Assembly: GCF_009914755.1 (NCBI RefSeq)
Contig: NC_060936.1
DNA: 64,000 bases
From: the human T2T-CHM13v2.0 reference genome, Homo sapiens
Strand: one strand, 5' to 3'
Of this stretch, positions 41,816 to 56,412 are shown piece after piece. Position numbers and translations under genes: made by a program. The stretch's first letter is position 1, and each line of letters starts with the position of its first letter. Below the pieces are notes generated by a model. That model saw nothing but the letters and a program-made list of their open reading frames with translations. It was not told the DNA's origin and did no database searches.

Positions 41816-44800
41816 TCGAACATTACAGGAAGAAATCCCGTTTCCAACGAAGGCCTCAAAGAGGTCCAAATATCCACTTGCAGACATTACAAACAGTGTG
41901 TTTCCAAACTGCTCCATCAAAAGAAAGGTTAAATTCTGTGAGCTGAACACACACATCAAAAAGAAGTTTCTGTGAATGATTCTGTCTAGATTTTATAAGA
42001 AGATGTTTCCTTTTCTACCGTAGGCCTCAAAGCGCTTGAAATCTCCAGCTGCAAATTCCACAAAAAGGGTGTTTAACATCTGCTCTTCTAAAGGAAAGTT
42101 CAACTCTATGAGTTGAATACACACAGCACAAAGAAGTTACTGAGACTTCTCCTATCAAACATTATATGAAGAAATCCCGTTTGCAACGAAGGCCTCAAAG
42201 AGGTCCAAATATCTGCTTGCAGACTTTACAGACAGAGTTTTTCCAAACTGCTCCATCAAAAGAAAGGTTAAACTCCTTGAGTTGAACACACACATCACAA
42301 AGTAGTTTCTGTGAATGATTCTGTCTAGTTTTTATACGAAGATGTTTCCTTTTTTACCTTTGGTCTCAATGCGATTGAAATCTCCACATGGAAACTCCAC
42401 AAAAAGAGTGTTTCAAATCTGCTCTTTCTGAAGGAAGGTTCAACTCTGTGAGTTGAATACACACACCACAAATAAGTTACTGAGAATTCTTCTGTGTAAC
42501 ATTATATGAGGAAATCCCGTTTCCAACGAAGGCCTCAAAGAGGTCCAAATATCCACTTGCAGACTTACAAAGACAGTGTCTCCAAACTCTTCCATCAAAA
42601 GAAAGTTTATACTCTGTGAATTGAACGCACACATCACAAAGTAGTTTCTGAGAATGATTCTGTCTAGTTTTTATACGAAGATATTTCCTTTTCTACATTT
42701 GGCCTAAAAGCGCTTGAAATCTCCACCTGCAAATATCACAAAAAGAGGGTTTCACATCTGCTCTGTCTAAAGGACAGTTCACCTCTGTGAGTTGAATAGA
42801 GGCAACACAAAGAACTTACTCAGTATTCTTCTTTCTAGCGTTCTATGAAGAAATCCCGTTTCCAACGAAGGCCCCAAAGAGGTCCAAATATCTGCTTGCA
42901 GACTTTACAGACAGAGTGTTTCCAAACTACTCTATGAAAAGAAAGCTTAAACTCCTTGAGTTGAACGCACACATCACAAAGTAGTTTCTGAGAATGATTC
43001 TGTCTAGTTTTTATACGAAGATGTTTCCTTTTCTACATTTGGTCTCAAAGCGATTGAAATCTCCAACTGGAAACTGCACAAATAGGGTGTTTCAAATCTG
43101 CTCTGTCTAAAGGAAGGTTCAACTCTGTGAGTTGAATACACACACCACAAATAAGTTACTGAGAATTATTCTGTCGAACATTACTTGAAGAAATCCCGTT
43201 TCCAACGAAGGCCTCAAAGAGGTCCAAATATCCACTTGCAGATATTACAAACAGAGTGTTTCCAAACTGCTCCATCAAAAGAAAGGTTAAACTCTGTGAG
43301 CTGAACACACACATCAAAAAGAAGTTTCTGTGAATGATTCTGTCTAGATTTTATAAGAAGATGTTTCCTTTTCTACCGTAGGCCTCAAAGCGCTTGAAAT
43401 CTCCAGCTGCAAATTTCACAAAAAGGGTGTTTAACATCTGCTCTTCTAAAGGAAAGTTCAACTCTATGCGTTGAATACACACAGCACAAAGAAGTTACTG
43501 AGACTTCTCCTATCAAACATTATATGAAGAAATCCCGTTTCCAACGAAGGCCTCAAAGAGGTCCAAATATCTGCTTGCAGACTTTACAGACAGAGTGTTT
43601 CCAAACTGCTCCATCAAAAGAAAGGTTAAACTCCTTGAGTTGAACACACACATCACAAAGTAGTTTCTGTGAATGATTCTGTCTAGTTTTTATACGAAGA
43701 TGTTTCCTTTTCTACCTTTGGTCTCAAAGCGATTGAAATCTCCACATGGAAACTCCACCAAAAGAGTGTTTCAAATCTGCTCTTTCTGAAGGAAGGTTCA
43801 ACTCTGTGAGTTGAATACACACACCACAAATAAGTTACTGAGAATTCTTCTGTGTAACATTATATGAGGAAATCCCGTTTCCAACGAAGGCCTCAAAGAG
43901 GTCCAAATATCCACTTGCAGACTTTACAAAGACAGTGTCTCCAAACTCCTCCATCAAAAGGAAGGTTATACTCTGTGAATTGAACGCACACATCACAAAG
44001 TAGTTTCTGAGAATGATTCTGTCTAGTTTTTATACGAAGATATTTCCTTTTCTACATTTGGCCTAAAAGCGCTTGAAATCTCCACGTGCAAATATCACAA
44101 AAAGAGGGTTTCACATCTGCTCTGTCTAAAGGACAGTTCACCTCTGTGAGTTGAATAGAGGCAACACAAAGAACTTACTCAGTATTCTTCTTTCTAGCGT
44201 TCTATGAAGAAATCCCGTTTCCAACGAAGGCCTCAAAGAGGTCCAAATATCTGCTTGCAGACTTTACAGACAGAGTGTTTCCAAACTACTCTATGAAAAG
44301 AAAGCTTAAACTCCTTGAGTTGAACGCACACATCACAAAGTAGTTTCTGAGAATGATTCTGTCTAGTTTTTATACGAAGATGTTTCCTTTTCTACATTTG
44401 TCTCAAAGCGATTGAAATCTCCAACTGGAAACTGCACAAATAGGGTGTTTCAAATCTGCTCTGTCTAAAGGAAGGTTCAACTCTGTGAGTTGAATACACA
44501 CACCACAAATAAGTTACTGAGAATTCTTCTGTCGAACATTACTTGAAGAAATCCCGTTTCCAACGAAGGCCTCAAAGAGGTCCAAATATCCACTTGCAGA
44601 CATTACAAACAGTGTGTTTCCAAACTGCTCCATCAAAAGAAAGGTTAAACTCTGTGAGCTGAACACACACATCAAAAAGAAGTTTCTGTGAATGATTCCG
44701 TCTAGATTTTATAAGAAGATGTTTCCTTTTCTACCGTAGGCCTCAAAGCGCTTGAAATGTCCAGCTGCAAATTCCACAAAAAGGGTGTTTAACATCTGCT

Positions 44801-47800
44801 CTTCTAAAGGAAAGTTCAACTCTATGAGTTGAATACACACAGCACAAAGAAGTTACTGAGACTTCTCCTATCAAACATTATATGAAGAAATCCCGTTTCC
44901 AAAGAAGGCCTCAAAGAGGTCCAAATATCTGCTTGCAGACTTTACAGACAGAGTTTTTCCAAACTGCTCCATCAAAAGAAAGGTTAAACTCCTTGAGTTG
45001 AACACACACATCACAAAGTAGTTTCTGTGAATGATTCTGTCTAGTTTTTATACGAAGATGTTTCCTTTTCTACCTTTGGTCTCAATGCGATTGAAATCTC
45101 CACATGGAAACTCCACAAAAAGAGTGTTTCAAATCTGCTCTTTCTGAAGGAAGGTTCAACTCTGTGAGTTGAATACACACACCACAAATAAGTTACTGAG
45201 AATTCTTCTGTGTAACATTATATGAGGAAATCCCGTTTCCAACGAAGGCCTCAAAGAGGTCCAAATATCCACTTGCAGACTTACAAAGACAGTGTCTCCA
45301 AACTCCTCCATCAAAAGAAAGGTTATACTCTGTGAATTGAACGCACACATCACAAAGTAGTTTCTGAGAATGATTCTGTCTAGTTTTTATACGAAGATAT
45401 TTCCTTTTCTACATTTGGCCTGAAAGCGCTTGAAATCTCCACGTGCAAATATCACAAAAACAGGGTTTCACATCTGCTCTGTCTAAAGGACAGTTCACCT
45501 CTGTGAGTTGAATAGAGGCAACACAAAGAACTTACTCAGTATTCTTCTTTCTAGCGTTCTATGAAGAAATCCCTTTTCCAACGAAGGCCCCAAAGAGGTC
45601 CAAATATCTGCTTGCAGACTTTACAGACAGAGTGTTTCCAAACTACTCTATGAAAAGAAAGCTTAAACTCCTTGAGTTGAACGCACACATCACAAAGTAG
45701 TTTCTGAGAATGATTCTGTCTTCTTTTTATACAAATGTATTTCCGTTTCTATGGCCTCAAAGCAATTGAAATCTCCAACTGGAAACTGCACAAATAGGGT
45801 GTTTCAAATCTGCTCTGTCTAAAGGAAGGTTCAACTCTGTGAGTTGAATACACACACCACAAATAAGTTGCTGAGAATTCTTCTGTCAAACATTACAGGA
45901 AGAAATCCCGTTTCCAACGAAGGCCTCAAAGAGGTCCAAATATCCACATGCAGACATTACAAACAGAGTGTTTCCAAACTGCTCCATCAAAAGAAAGGTT
46001 AAACTCTGTGAGCTGAACAGACACATCAAAAAGAAGTTTCTGTGAATGATTCTGTCTAGATTTTATAAGAAGATGTTTCCTTTTCTACCGTAGGCCTCAA
46101 AGCGCTTGAAATCTCCAGCTGCAAATTCCACAAAAAGGGTGTTTAACATCTGGTCTTCTAAAGGAAAGTTCAACTCTATGAGTTGAATACACACAGCACA
46201 AAGAAGTTACTGAGACTTCTCCTATCAAACATTAAATGAAGCAATCCCGTTTCCAACGAAGGCCTCAAAGAGGTCCAAATATCTGCTTGCAGACTTTACA
46301 GACAGAGTGTTTCCAAACTGCTCCATCAAAAGAAAGGTTAACCTCCTTGAGTTGAACACACACATCACAAAGTAGTTTCTGAGAATGATTCTGTCTAGTT
46401 TTTATACGAAGATGTTTCCTTTTCTACCTTTGGTCTCAAAGCGATTGAAATCTCCACATGGAAACTCCACAAAAAGAGTGTTTCCAATCTGCTCTGTCTA
46501 AAGGAAGGTTCAACTCTGTGAGTTGAATACACACACCACAAATAAGTTACTGAGAATTCTTCTGTGTAACATTATATGAGGAAATCCCGTTTCCAACGAA
46601 GGCCTCAAAGAGGTCCAAATATCCACTTGCAGACTTTACAAAGACAGTGTCTCCAAACTCCTTCATCAAAAGAAAGGTTATACTCTGTGAATTGAACGCA
46701 CACATCACAAAGTGCTTTCTGAGAATGATTCTGTCTAGTTTTTATACAAAGATATTTCCTTTTCTACATTTGGCCTAAAAGCGCTTGAAATCTCCACCTG
46801 CAAATATCACAAAAAGAGGGTTTCACATCTGCTCTGTCTAAAGGACAGTTCACCTCTGTGAGTTGAATAGAGGCAACACAAAGAACTTACTCAGTATTCT
46901 TCTTTCTAGCGTTATATGAAGAAATCCCGTTTCCAACGAAGGCCTCAAAGAGGTCCAAATATCTGCTTGCAGACTTTACAGACAGAGTGTTTCCAAACTA
47001 CTCTATGAAAAGAAAGCTTAAACTCCTTGAGTTGAACGCACACATCACAAAGTAGTTTCTGAGAATGATTCTGTCTTGTTTTTATACAAAGTTATTTCTG
47101 TTTCTATGATTGGCCTCAAAGTGATTGAAATCTCCAACTGGAAACTGCACAAATAGGGTGTTTCAAATCTGCTCTGTCTAAAGGAAGGTTCAACTCTGTG
47201 AGTTGAATACACACACCACAAATAAGTTACTGAGAATTCTTCTGTCGAACATTACATGAAGAAATCCCGTTTCCAACGAAGGCCTCAAAAGGTCCAAATA
47301 TCCACTTGCAGACATTACAAACAGAGTGTTTCCAAACTGCTCCATCAAAAGAAAGGTTAAACTCTGTGAGCTGAACACACACATCAAAAAGAAGTTTCTG
47401 TGAATGATTCTGTCTAGATTTTATAAGAAGATGTTTCCTTTTCTACCGTAGGCCTCATAGTGCTTGAAATCTCCAGCTGCAAATTCCACAAAAAGGGTGT
47501 TTAACACCTGATCTTCTAAAGGAAAGTTCAACTCAATGAGTTGAATACACACAGCACAAAGAAGTTACTGAGACCTCTCCTATCAAACATTATATGAAGA
47601 AATCCCGTTTCCAACGAAGGCCTCAAAGAGGTCCAAATATCTGTTTGCAGACTTTGCAGACAGAGTGTTTCCAAACTGCTAAATCAAAAGAAAGGTTAAA
47701 CTCCTTGAGTTGAACACACACATCACAAAGTAGTTTCTGAGAATGATTCTGTCTAGTTTTTATACGAAGATGTTTCCATTTCTACCTTTGGTCTCAAAGC

Positions 47801-50800
47801 GATTGAAATCTCCACATGGAAACTCCACAAAAAGAGTGTTTCAAATCTGCTCTTTCTGAAGGAAGGTTCAACTCTGTGAGTTGAATACACACACCACAAA
47901 TAAGTTACTGAGAATTCTTCTGTGTAAAATTATATGAGGAAATCCCTTTTCCAAGGAAGGCCTCAAAGAGGTCCAAATATCCACTTGCAGACTTTACAAA
48001 GACAGTGTCTCCAAACTCCTCCATCAAAAGAAAGGTTATACTCTGTGAATTGATCGCACACATCACAAAGTAGTTTCTGAGAATGATTCTGTCTAGTTTT
48101 TATACGAAGATATTTCCTTTTCTACATTTGGCCTAAAAGCGCTTGAAATCTCCACCTGCAAATATCACAAAAAGAGGGTTTCACATCTGCTCTGTCTAAA
48201 GGACAGTTCACCTCTGTGAGTTGAATAGAGGCAACACAAAGAACTTACTCAGTATTCTTCTTTCTAGCGTTCTGTGAAGAAATCCCGTTTCCAACGAAGG
48301 CCCCAATGAGGTGCAAATATCTGCTTGCAGACTTTACAGACAGAGTGTTTCCAAACTACTCTATGAAAAGAAAGCTTAAACTCCTTGAGTTGAACGCACA
48401 CATCACAAAGTAGTTTCTGAAAATGATTCTGTCTAGTTTTTATACGAAGATGTTTCCTTTTCTACATTTGGTCTCAAAGCGATTGAAATCTCCAACTGGA
48501 AACTGCACAAATAGGGTGTTTCAAATCTGCTCGGTCTAAAGGAAGGTTCAACTCTGTGAGTTGAATACACACACCACAAATAAGTTACTGAGAATTCTTC
48601 TGTCGAACATTACATGAAGAAATCCCGTTTCCAACGAAGGCCTCAAAGAGGTCCAAATATCCACTTGCAGACATTACAAACAGTGTGTTTCCAAACTACT
48701 CCATCAAAAGAAAGGTTAAACTCTGTGAGCTGAACACACACATCAAAAAGTAGTTTCTGTGAATGATTATGTCTAGATTTTATAAGAAGATGTTTCCTTT
48801 TCTACCGTAGGCCTCAAAGCGCTTGAAATCTCCAGCTGCAAATTCCACAAAAAGGGTGTTTAACATCTGCTCTTCTAAAGGAAAGTTCAACTCTATGAGT
48901 TGAATACACACAGCACAAAGAAGTTACTGAGACTTCTCCTATCAAACATTATATGAAGAAATCCCGTTTCCAACGAAGGCCTCAAAGAGGTCCAAATATC
49001 TGCTTGCAGACTTTACAGACAGAGTTTTTCCAAACTGCTCCATCAAAAGAAAGGTTAAACTCCTTGAGTTGAACACACACATCACAAAGTAGTTTCTGTG
49101 AATGATTCTGTCTAGTTTTTATACGAAGATGTTTCCTTTTCTACCTTTGGTCTCAAAGCGATTGAAATCTCCACATGGAAACTCCACAAAAAGAGTGTTT
49201 CAAATCTGCTCTTTCTGAAGGAAGGTTCAATTCAGTGAGTTGAATACACACACCACAAATAAGTTACTGAGAATTCTTCTGTGTAACATTATATGAGGAA
49301 ATCCCGTTTCCAACGAAGGCCTCAAAGAGGTCCAAATATCCACTTGCAGACTTTACAAAGACAGTGTCTCCAAACTCCTCCATCAAAAGAAAGGTTATAC
49401 TCTGTGAATTGAACGCACACATCACAAAGTAGTTTCTGAGAATGATTCTGTCTAGTTTTTATACTAAGATATTTCCTTTTCTACATTTGACCTAAAAGCG
49501 CTGAAATCTCCACCTGCAAATATCACAAAAAGAGGGTTTCACATCTGCTCTGTCTAAAGGACAGTTCACCTCTGTGAGTTGAATAGAGGCAACACAAAGA
49601 ACTTACTCAGTATTCTTCTTTCTAGCATTACATGAAGAAATCCCGTTTCCAACGAAGGCCTCAAAGAGGTCCAAATATCTCCTTGCAGACTTTACAGACA
49701 GAGTGTTTCCAAACTACTATATGAAAAGAAAGCTTAAACTCCTTGAGTTGAACGCACACATCACAAAGTAGTTTCTGAGAATGATTCTGTCTTGTTTTTA
49801 TACAAAGTTATTTCCGTTTCTATGATTGGCCTCAAAGCGATTGAAATCTCCAACTGGAAACTGCACAAATAGGGTGTTTCAAATCTGCTCTGTCTAAAGG
49901 AAGGTTCAACTCTGTGAGTTGAATACACACACCACAAATAAGTTACTGAGAATTCTTCTGTCGAACATTACATGAAGAAATCCCGTATCCAATGAAGGCC
50001 TCAAAGAGGTCCAAATATCCACTTGCAGACATTACAAACAGAGTGTTTCCAAACTGCTCCATCAAAAGAAAGGTTAAACTCTGTGAGCTGAACACACACA
50101 TCAAAAAGAAGTTTCTGTGAATGATTCTGTCTAGATTTTATAAGAAGATGTTTGCTTTTCTACCGTAGGCCTCAAAGCGCTTGAAATCTCCAGCTGCAAA
50201 TTCCACAAAAAGGGTGTTTAACATCTGCTCTTCTAAAGGAAAGTTCAACTCTATGAGTTGAATACACACAGCACAAAGAAGTTACTGAGACTTCTCCTAT
50301 CAAACATTATATGAAGAAATCCCGTTTCCAACGAAGGCCTCAAAGAGGTCCAAATATCTGCTTGCCGACTTTACAGACAGACTGTTTCCAAACTGCTCCA
50401 TCAAAAGAAAGGTTAACCTCCTTGAGTTGAACACACACATCACAAAGTAGTTTCTGTGAATGATTCTGTCTAGTTTTTATACGAAGATGTTTCCTTTTCT
50501 ACCTTTGGTCTCAATGCGATTGAAATCTCCACATGGAAACTCCACAAAAAGAGTGTTTCAAATCTGCTCTGTCTAAAGGAAGGTTCAACTCTGTGAGTTG
50601 AATACACACACCACAATTAAGTTACTGAGAATTCTTCTGTGTAACATTATATGAGGAAATCCCGTTTCCAACGAAGGCCTCAAAGAGGTCCAAATATCCA
50701 CTTGCAGACTTTACAAAGACAGTGTCTCCAAACTCCTCCATCAAAAGAAAGGTTATGCTCTGTGAATTGATCGCACACATCACAAAGTAGTTTCTGAGAA

Positions 50801-53800
50801 TGATTCTGTCTAGTTTTTATACGAAGATATTTCCTTTTCTACATTTGGCCTAAAAGCGCTTGAAATCTCCACCTGCAAATATCACAAAAAGAGGGTTTCA
50901 CATCTGCTCTGTCTAAAGGACAGTTCACCTCTGTGAGTTGAATAGAGGCAACACAAAGAACTTACTCAGTATTCTTCTTTCTAGCGTTCTGTGAAGAAAT
51001 CCCGTTTCCAACGAAGGCCCCAATGAGGTGCAAATATCTGCTTGCAGACTTTACAGACAGAGTGTTTCCAAACTACTCTATGAAAAGAAAGCTTAAACTC
51101 CTTGAGTTGAACGCACACATCACAAAGTAGTTTCTGAGAATGATTCTGTCTAGTTTTTATACGAAGATGTTTCCTTTTCTACATTTGGTCTCAAAGCGAT
51201 TGAAATCTCCAACTGGAAACTGCACAAATAGGGTGTTTCAAATCTGCTCTGTCTAAAGGAAGGTTCAACTCTGTGAGTTGAATACACACACCACAAATAA
51301 GTTACTGAGAATTCTTCTGTCGAACATTACTTGAAGAAATCCCGTTTCAAACGAAGGCCTCAAAGAGGTCCAAATATCCACTTGCAGACATTACAAAAGG
51401 AGTGTTTCCAAACTGCTCCATCAAAAGAAAGGTTAAACTCTGTGAGCTGAACACACACATCAAAAAGAAGTTTCTGTGAATGATTCTGTCTAGATTTTAT
51501 AAGAAGATGTTTCCTTTTCTACCGTAGGCCTCAAAGCGCTTGAAATCTCCAGCTGCAAATTCCACAAAAAGGGTGTTTAACATCTGCTCTTCTAAAGGAA
51601 AGTTCATCTCTATGAGTTGAATACACACAGCACAAAGAAGTTACTGAGACTTCTCCTATCAAACATTATATGAAGAAATCCCGTTTCCAACGAAGGCCTC
51701 AAAGAGGTCCAAATATCTGCTTGCAGACTTTAAAGACAGAGTTTTTCCAAACTGCTCCATCAAAAGAAAGGTTAAACTCCTTGAGTTGAACACACACATC
51801 ACAAAGTAGTTTCTGTGAATGATTCTGTCTAGTTTTTATACGAAGATGTTTCCTTTTCTACCTTTGGTCTCAAAGCGATTGAAATCTCCACATGGAAACT
51901 CCACAAAAAGAGTGTTTCAAATCTGCTCTTTCTGAAGGAAGGTTCAACTCTGTGAGTTAAATACACACACCACAAATAAGTTACTGAGAATTCTTCTGTG
52001 TAACATTATATGAGGAAATCCCGTTTCCAACGAAGGCCTCAAAGAGGTCCAAATATCCACTTGCAGACTTTACAAAGACAGTGTCTCCAAACTCCTCCAT
52101 CAAAAGAAAGGTTATGCTCTGTGAATTGATCGCACACATCACAAAGTAGTTTCTGAGAATGATTCTGTCTAGTTTTTATACGAAGATATTTCCTTTTCTA
52201 CATTTGGCCTAAAAGCGCTTGAAATCTCCACCTGCAAATATCACAAAAAGAGGGTTTCACATCTGCTCTGTCTAAAGGACAGTTCACCTCTGTGAGTTGA
52301 ATAGAGGCAACACAAAGAACTTACTCAGTATTCTTCTTTCTAGCGTTCTGTGAAGAAATCCCGTTTCCAACGAAGGCCCCAATGAGGTGCAAATATCTGC
52401 TTGCAGACTTTACAGACAGAGTGTTTCCAAACTACTCTATGAAAAGAAAGCTTAAACTCCTTGAGTTGAACGCACACATCACAAAGTAGTTTCTGAGAAT
52501 GATTCTGTCTAGTTTTTATACGAAGATGTTTCCTTTTCTACATTTGGTCTCAAAGCGATTGAAATCTCCAACTGGAAACTGCACAAATAGGGTGTTTCAA
52601 ATCTGCTCGGTCTAAAGGAAGGTTCAAATCTGTGAGTTGAATACACACACCACAAATAAGTTACTGAGAATTCTTCTGTCGAACATTACTTGAAGAAATC
52701 CCGTTTCTAACGAAGGCCTCAAAGAGGTCCAAATATCCACTTGCAGACATTACAAACAGAGTGTTTCCAAACTGCTCCATCAAAAGAAAGGTTAAACTCT
52801 GTGAGCTGAACACACACATCAAAAAGAAGTTTCTGTGAATGATTCTGTCTAGATTTTATAAGAAGATGTTTCCTTTTCTACCGTAGGCCTCAAAGCGCTT
52901 GAAATCTCCAGCTGCAAATTCCACTAAAAGGGTGTTTAACATCTGCTCTTCTAAAGGAAAGTTCAACTCTATGAGTTGAATACACACAGCACAAAGAAGT
53001 TACTGAGACTTCTCCTATCAAACATTATATGAAGAAATCCCGTTTCCAACGATGGCCTCAAAGAGGTCCAAATATCTGCTTGCAGATTTACAAAGACAGT
53101 GTCTCCAAACTCCTCCATCAAAAGAAATGTTATACTCTGTGAATTGAACGCACACATCACAAAGTAGTTTCTGAGAATGATTCTGTCTAGTTTTTATACG
53201 AAGATATTTCCTTTTCTACATTTGGCCTAAAAGCGCTTGAAATCTCCACGTGCAAATATCACAAAAAGAGGGTTTCACATCTGCTCTGTCTAAAGGACAG
53301 TTCACCTCTGTGAGTTGAATAGAGGCAACACAAAGAACTTACTCAGTATTCTTCTTTCTAGCGTTCTGTGAAGAAATCCCATTTCCAATGAAGGCCCCAA
53401 AGAGGTCCAAATATCTGCTTGCAGACTTTACAGACAGAGTGTTTCCAAACTACTCTATGAAAAGAAAGCTTAAACTCCTTGAGTTGAACGCACACATCAC
53501 AAAGTAGTTTCTGAGAATGATTCTGTCTAGTTTTTATACGAAGATGTTTCCTTTTCTACATTTGGTCTGAAAGCGATTGAAATCTCCAACTGGAAACTGC
53601 ACAAATAGGGTGTTTCAAATCTGCTCTGTCTAAAGGAAGGTTCAACTCTGTGAGTTGAATACACACACCACAAATAAGTTACTGAGAATTCTTCTGTCGA
53701 ACATTACTTGAAGAAATCCCGTTTCCAACGAAGGCCTCAAAGAGGTCCAAATATCCACTTGCAGACATTACAAACAGAGTGTTTCCAAACTGCTCCATCA

Positions 53801-55055
53801 AAAGAAAGGTTAAACTCTGTGAGCTGAACACACACATCAAAAAGAAGTTTCTGTGAATGATTCTGTCTAGATTTTATAAGAAGATGTTTCCTTTTCTACC
53901 GTAGGCCTCAAAGCGCTTGAAATCTCCAGCTGCAAATTCCACAAAAAGGGTGTTTAACATCTGCTCTTCTAAAGGAAAGTTCAACTCTATGCGTTGAATA
54001 CACAAGGCACAAAGAAGTTACTGAGACTTCTCCTATCAAACATTATATGAAGAAATCCCGTTTCCAAGGAAGGCCTCAAAGAGGTCCAAATATCTGCTTG
54101 CAGACTTTACAGACAGAGTGTTTCCAAACTGCTAAATCAAAAGAAAGGTTAAACTCCTTGAGTTGAACACACACATCACAAAGTAGTTTCTGTGAATGAT
54201 TCTGTCTAGTTTTTATACGAAGATGTTTCCTTTTCTACCTTTGGTCTCAAAGCGATTGAAATCTCCACATGGAAACTCCACAAAAAGTGTGTTTCAAATC
54301 TGCTCTTTCTGAAGGAAGGTTCAACTCTGTGAGTTGAATACACACACCACAAATAAGTTACTGAGAATTCTTCTGTGTAAAATTATATGAGGAAATCCCT
54401 TTTCCAAGGAAGGCCTCAAAGAGGTCCAAATATCCACTTGCAGACTTTACAAAGACAGTGTATCCAAACTCCTCCATCAAAAGAAAGGTTATACTCTGTG
54501 AATTGATCGCACACATCACAAAGTAGTTTCTGAGAATGATTCTGTCTAGTTTTTATACGAAGATATTTCCTTTTCTACATTTGGCCTAAAAGCGCTTGAA
54601 ATCTCCACCTGCAAATATCACAAAAAGAGGGTTTCACATCTGCTCTGTCTAAAGGACAGTTCACCTCTGTGAGTTGAATAGAGGCAACACAAAGAACTTA
54701 CTCAGTATTCTTCTTTCTAGCGTTCTGTGAAGAAATCCCGTTTCCAACGAAGGCCCCAATGAGGTGCAAATATCTGCTTGCAGACTTTACAGACAGAGTG
54801 TTTCCAAACTACTCTATGAAAAGAAAGCTTAAACTCCTTGAGTTGAACGCACACATCACAAAGTAGTTTCTGAGAATGATTCTGTCTAGTTTTTATACGA
54901 AGATGTTTCCTTTTCTACATTTGGTCTCAAAGCGATTGAAATCTCCAACTGGAAACTGCACAAATAGGGTGTTTCAAATCTGCTCGGTCTAAAGGAAGGT
55001 TCAACTCTGTGAGTTGAATACACACACCACAAATAAGTTACTGAGAATTCTTCTG

Positions 55056-55733
55056 TCGAACATTACTTGAAGAAATCCCGTTTCTAACGAAGGCCTCAAA
55101 GAGGTCCAAATATCCACTTGCAGACATTACAAACAGAGTGTTTCCAAACTGCTCCATCAAAAGAAAGGTTAAACTCTGTGAGCTGAACACACACATCAAA
55201 AAGAAGTTTCTGTGAATGATTCTGTCTAGATTTTATAAGAAGATGTTTCCTTTTCTACCGTAGGCCTCAAAGCGCTTGAAATCTCCAGCTGCAAATTCCA
55301 CAAAAAGGGTGTTTAACATCTGCTCTTCTAAAGGAAAGTTCAACTCTATGAGTTGAATACACACAGCACAAAGAAGTTACTGAGACTTCTCCTATCAAAC
55401 ATTATATGAAGAAATCCCGTTTCCAACGATGGCCTCAAAGAGGTCCAAATATCTGCTTGCAGATTTACAAAGACAGTGTCTCCAAACTCCTCCATCAAAA
55501 GAAATGTTATACTCTGTGAATTGAACGCACACATCACAAAGTAGTTTCTGAGAATGATTCTGTCTAGTTTTTATACGAAGATGTTTCCTTTTCTACATTT
55601 GGTCTCAAAGCGATTGAAATCTCCAACTGGAAACTGCACAAATAGGGTGTCTCAAATCTGCTCTGTCTAAAAGAAGGTTCAACTCTGTGAGTTGAATACA
55701 CACACCACAAATAAGTTACTGAGAATTCTTCTG
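55056..55733 (-). repeat. 4-mer HOR variant A-B/C/D (678 bp); second copy at 58790-59467
   Basis: 678 bp landmark spacing. The second dimer is B head + C middle + D tail. Confidence 0.9.
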
Positions 55734-56412
55734 TCGAACATTACTTGAAGAAATCCCGTTTCCAACGAAGGCCTCAAAGAGGTCCAAATATCCACTTGCA
55801 GACATTACAAACAGAGTGTTTCCAAACTGCTCCATCAAAAGAAAGGTTAAACTCTGTGAGCTGAACACACACATCAAAAAGAAGTTTCTGTGAATGATTC
55901 TGTCTAGATTTTATAAGAAGATGGTTCCTTTTCTACCGTAGGCCTCAAAGCGCTTGAAATCTCCAGCTGCAAATTCCACAAAAAGGGTGTTTAACATCTG
56001 CTCTTCTAAAGGAAAGTTCAACTCTATGCATTGAATACACACAGCACAAAGAAGTTACTGAGACTTCTCCTATCAAACATTATATGAAGAAATCCCGTTT
56101 CCAACGAAGGCCTCAAAGAGGTCCAAATATCTGCTTGCAGACTTTACAGACAGAGTGTTTCCAAACTACTCTATGAAAAGAAAGCTTAAACTCCTTGAGT
56201 TGAACGCACACATCACAAAGTAGTTTCTGAGAATGATTCTGTCTAGTTTTTATACGAAGATGTTTCCTTTTCTACATTTGGTCTCAAAGCGATTGAAATC
56301 TCCAACTGGAAACTGCACAAATAGGGTGTTTCAAATCTGCTCGGTCTAAAGGAAGGTTCAAATCTGTGAGTTGAATACACACACCACAAATAAGTTACTG
56401 AGAATTCTTCTG
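55734..56412 (-). repeat. 4-mer HOR variant A-B/D (679 bp), single copy
   Basis: A B head (CTCCTATC) is joined to a D body (ACTACTCTATGAAAAGAAAGCTT) at ~56165. Confidence 0.9.
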
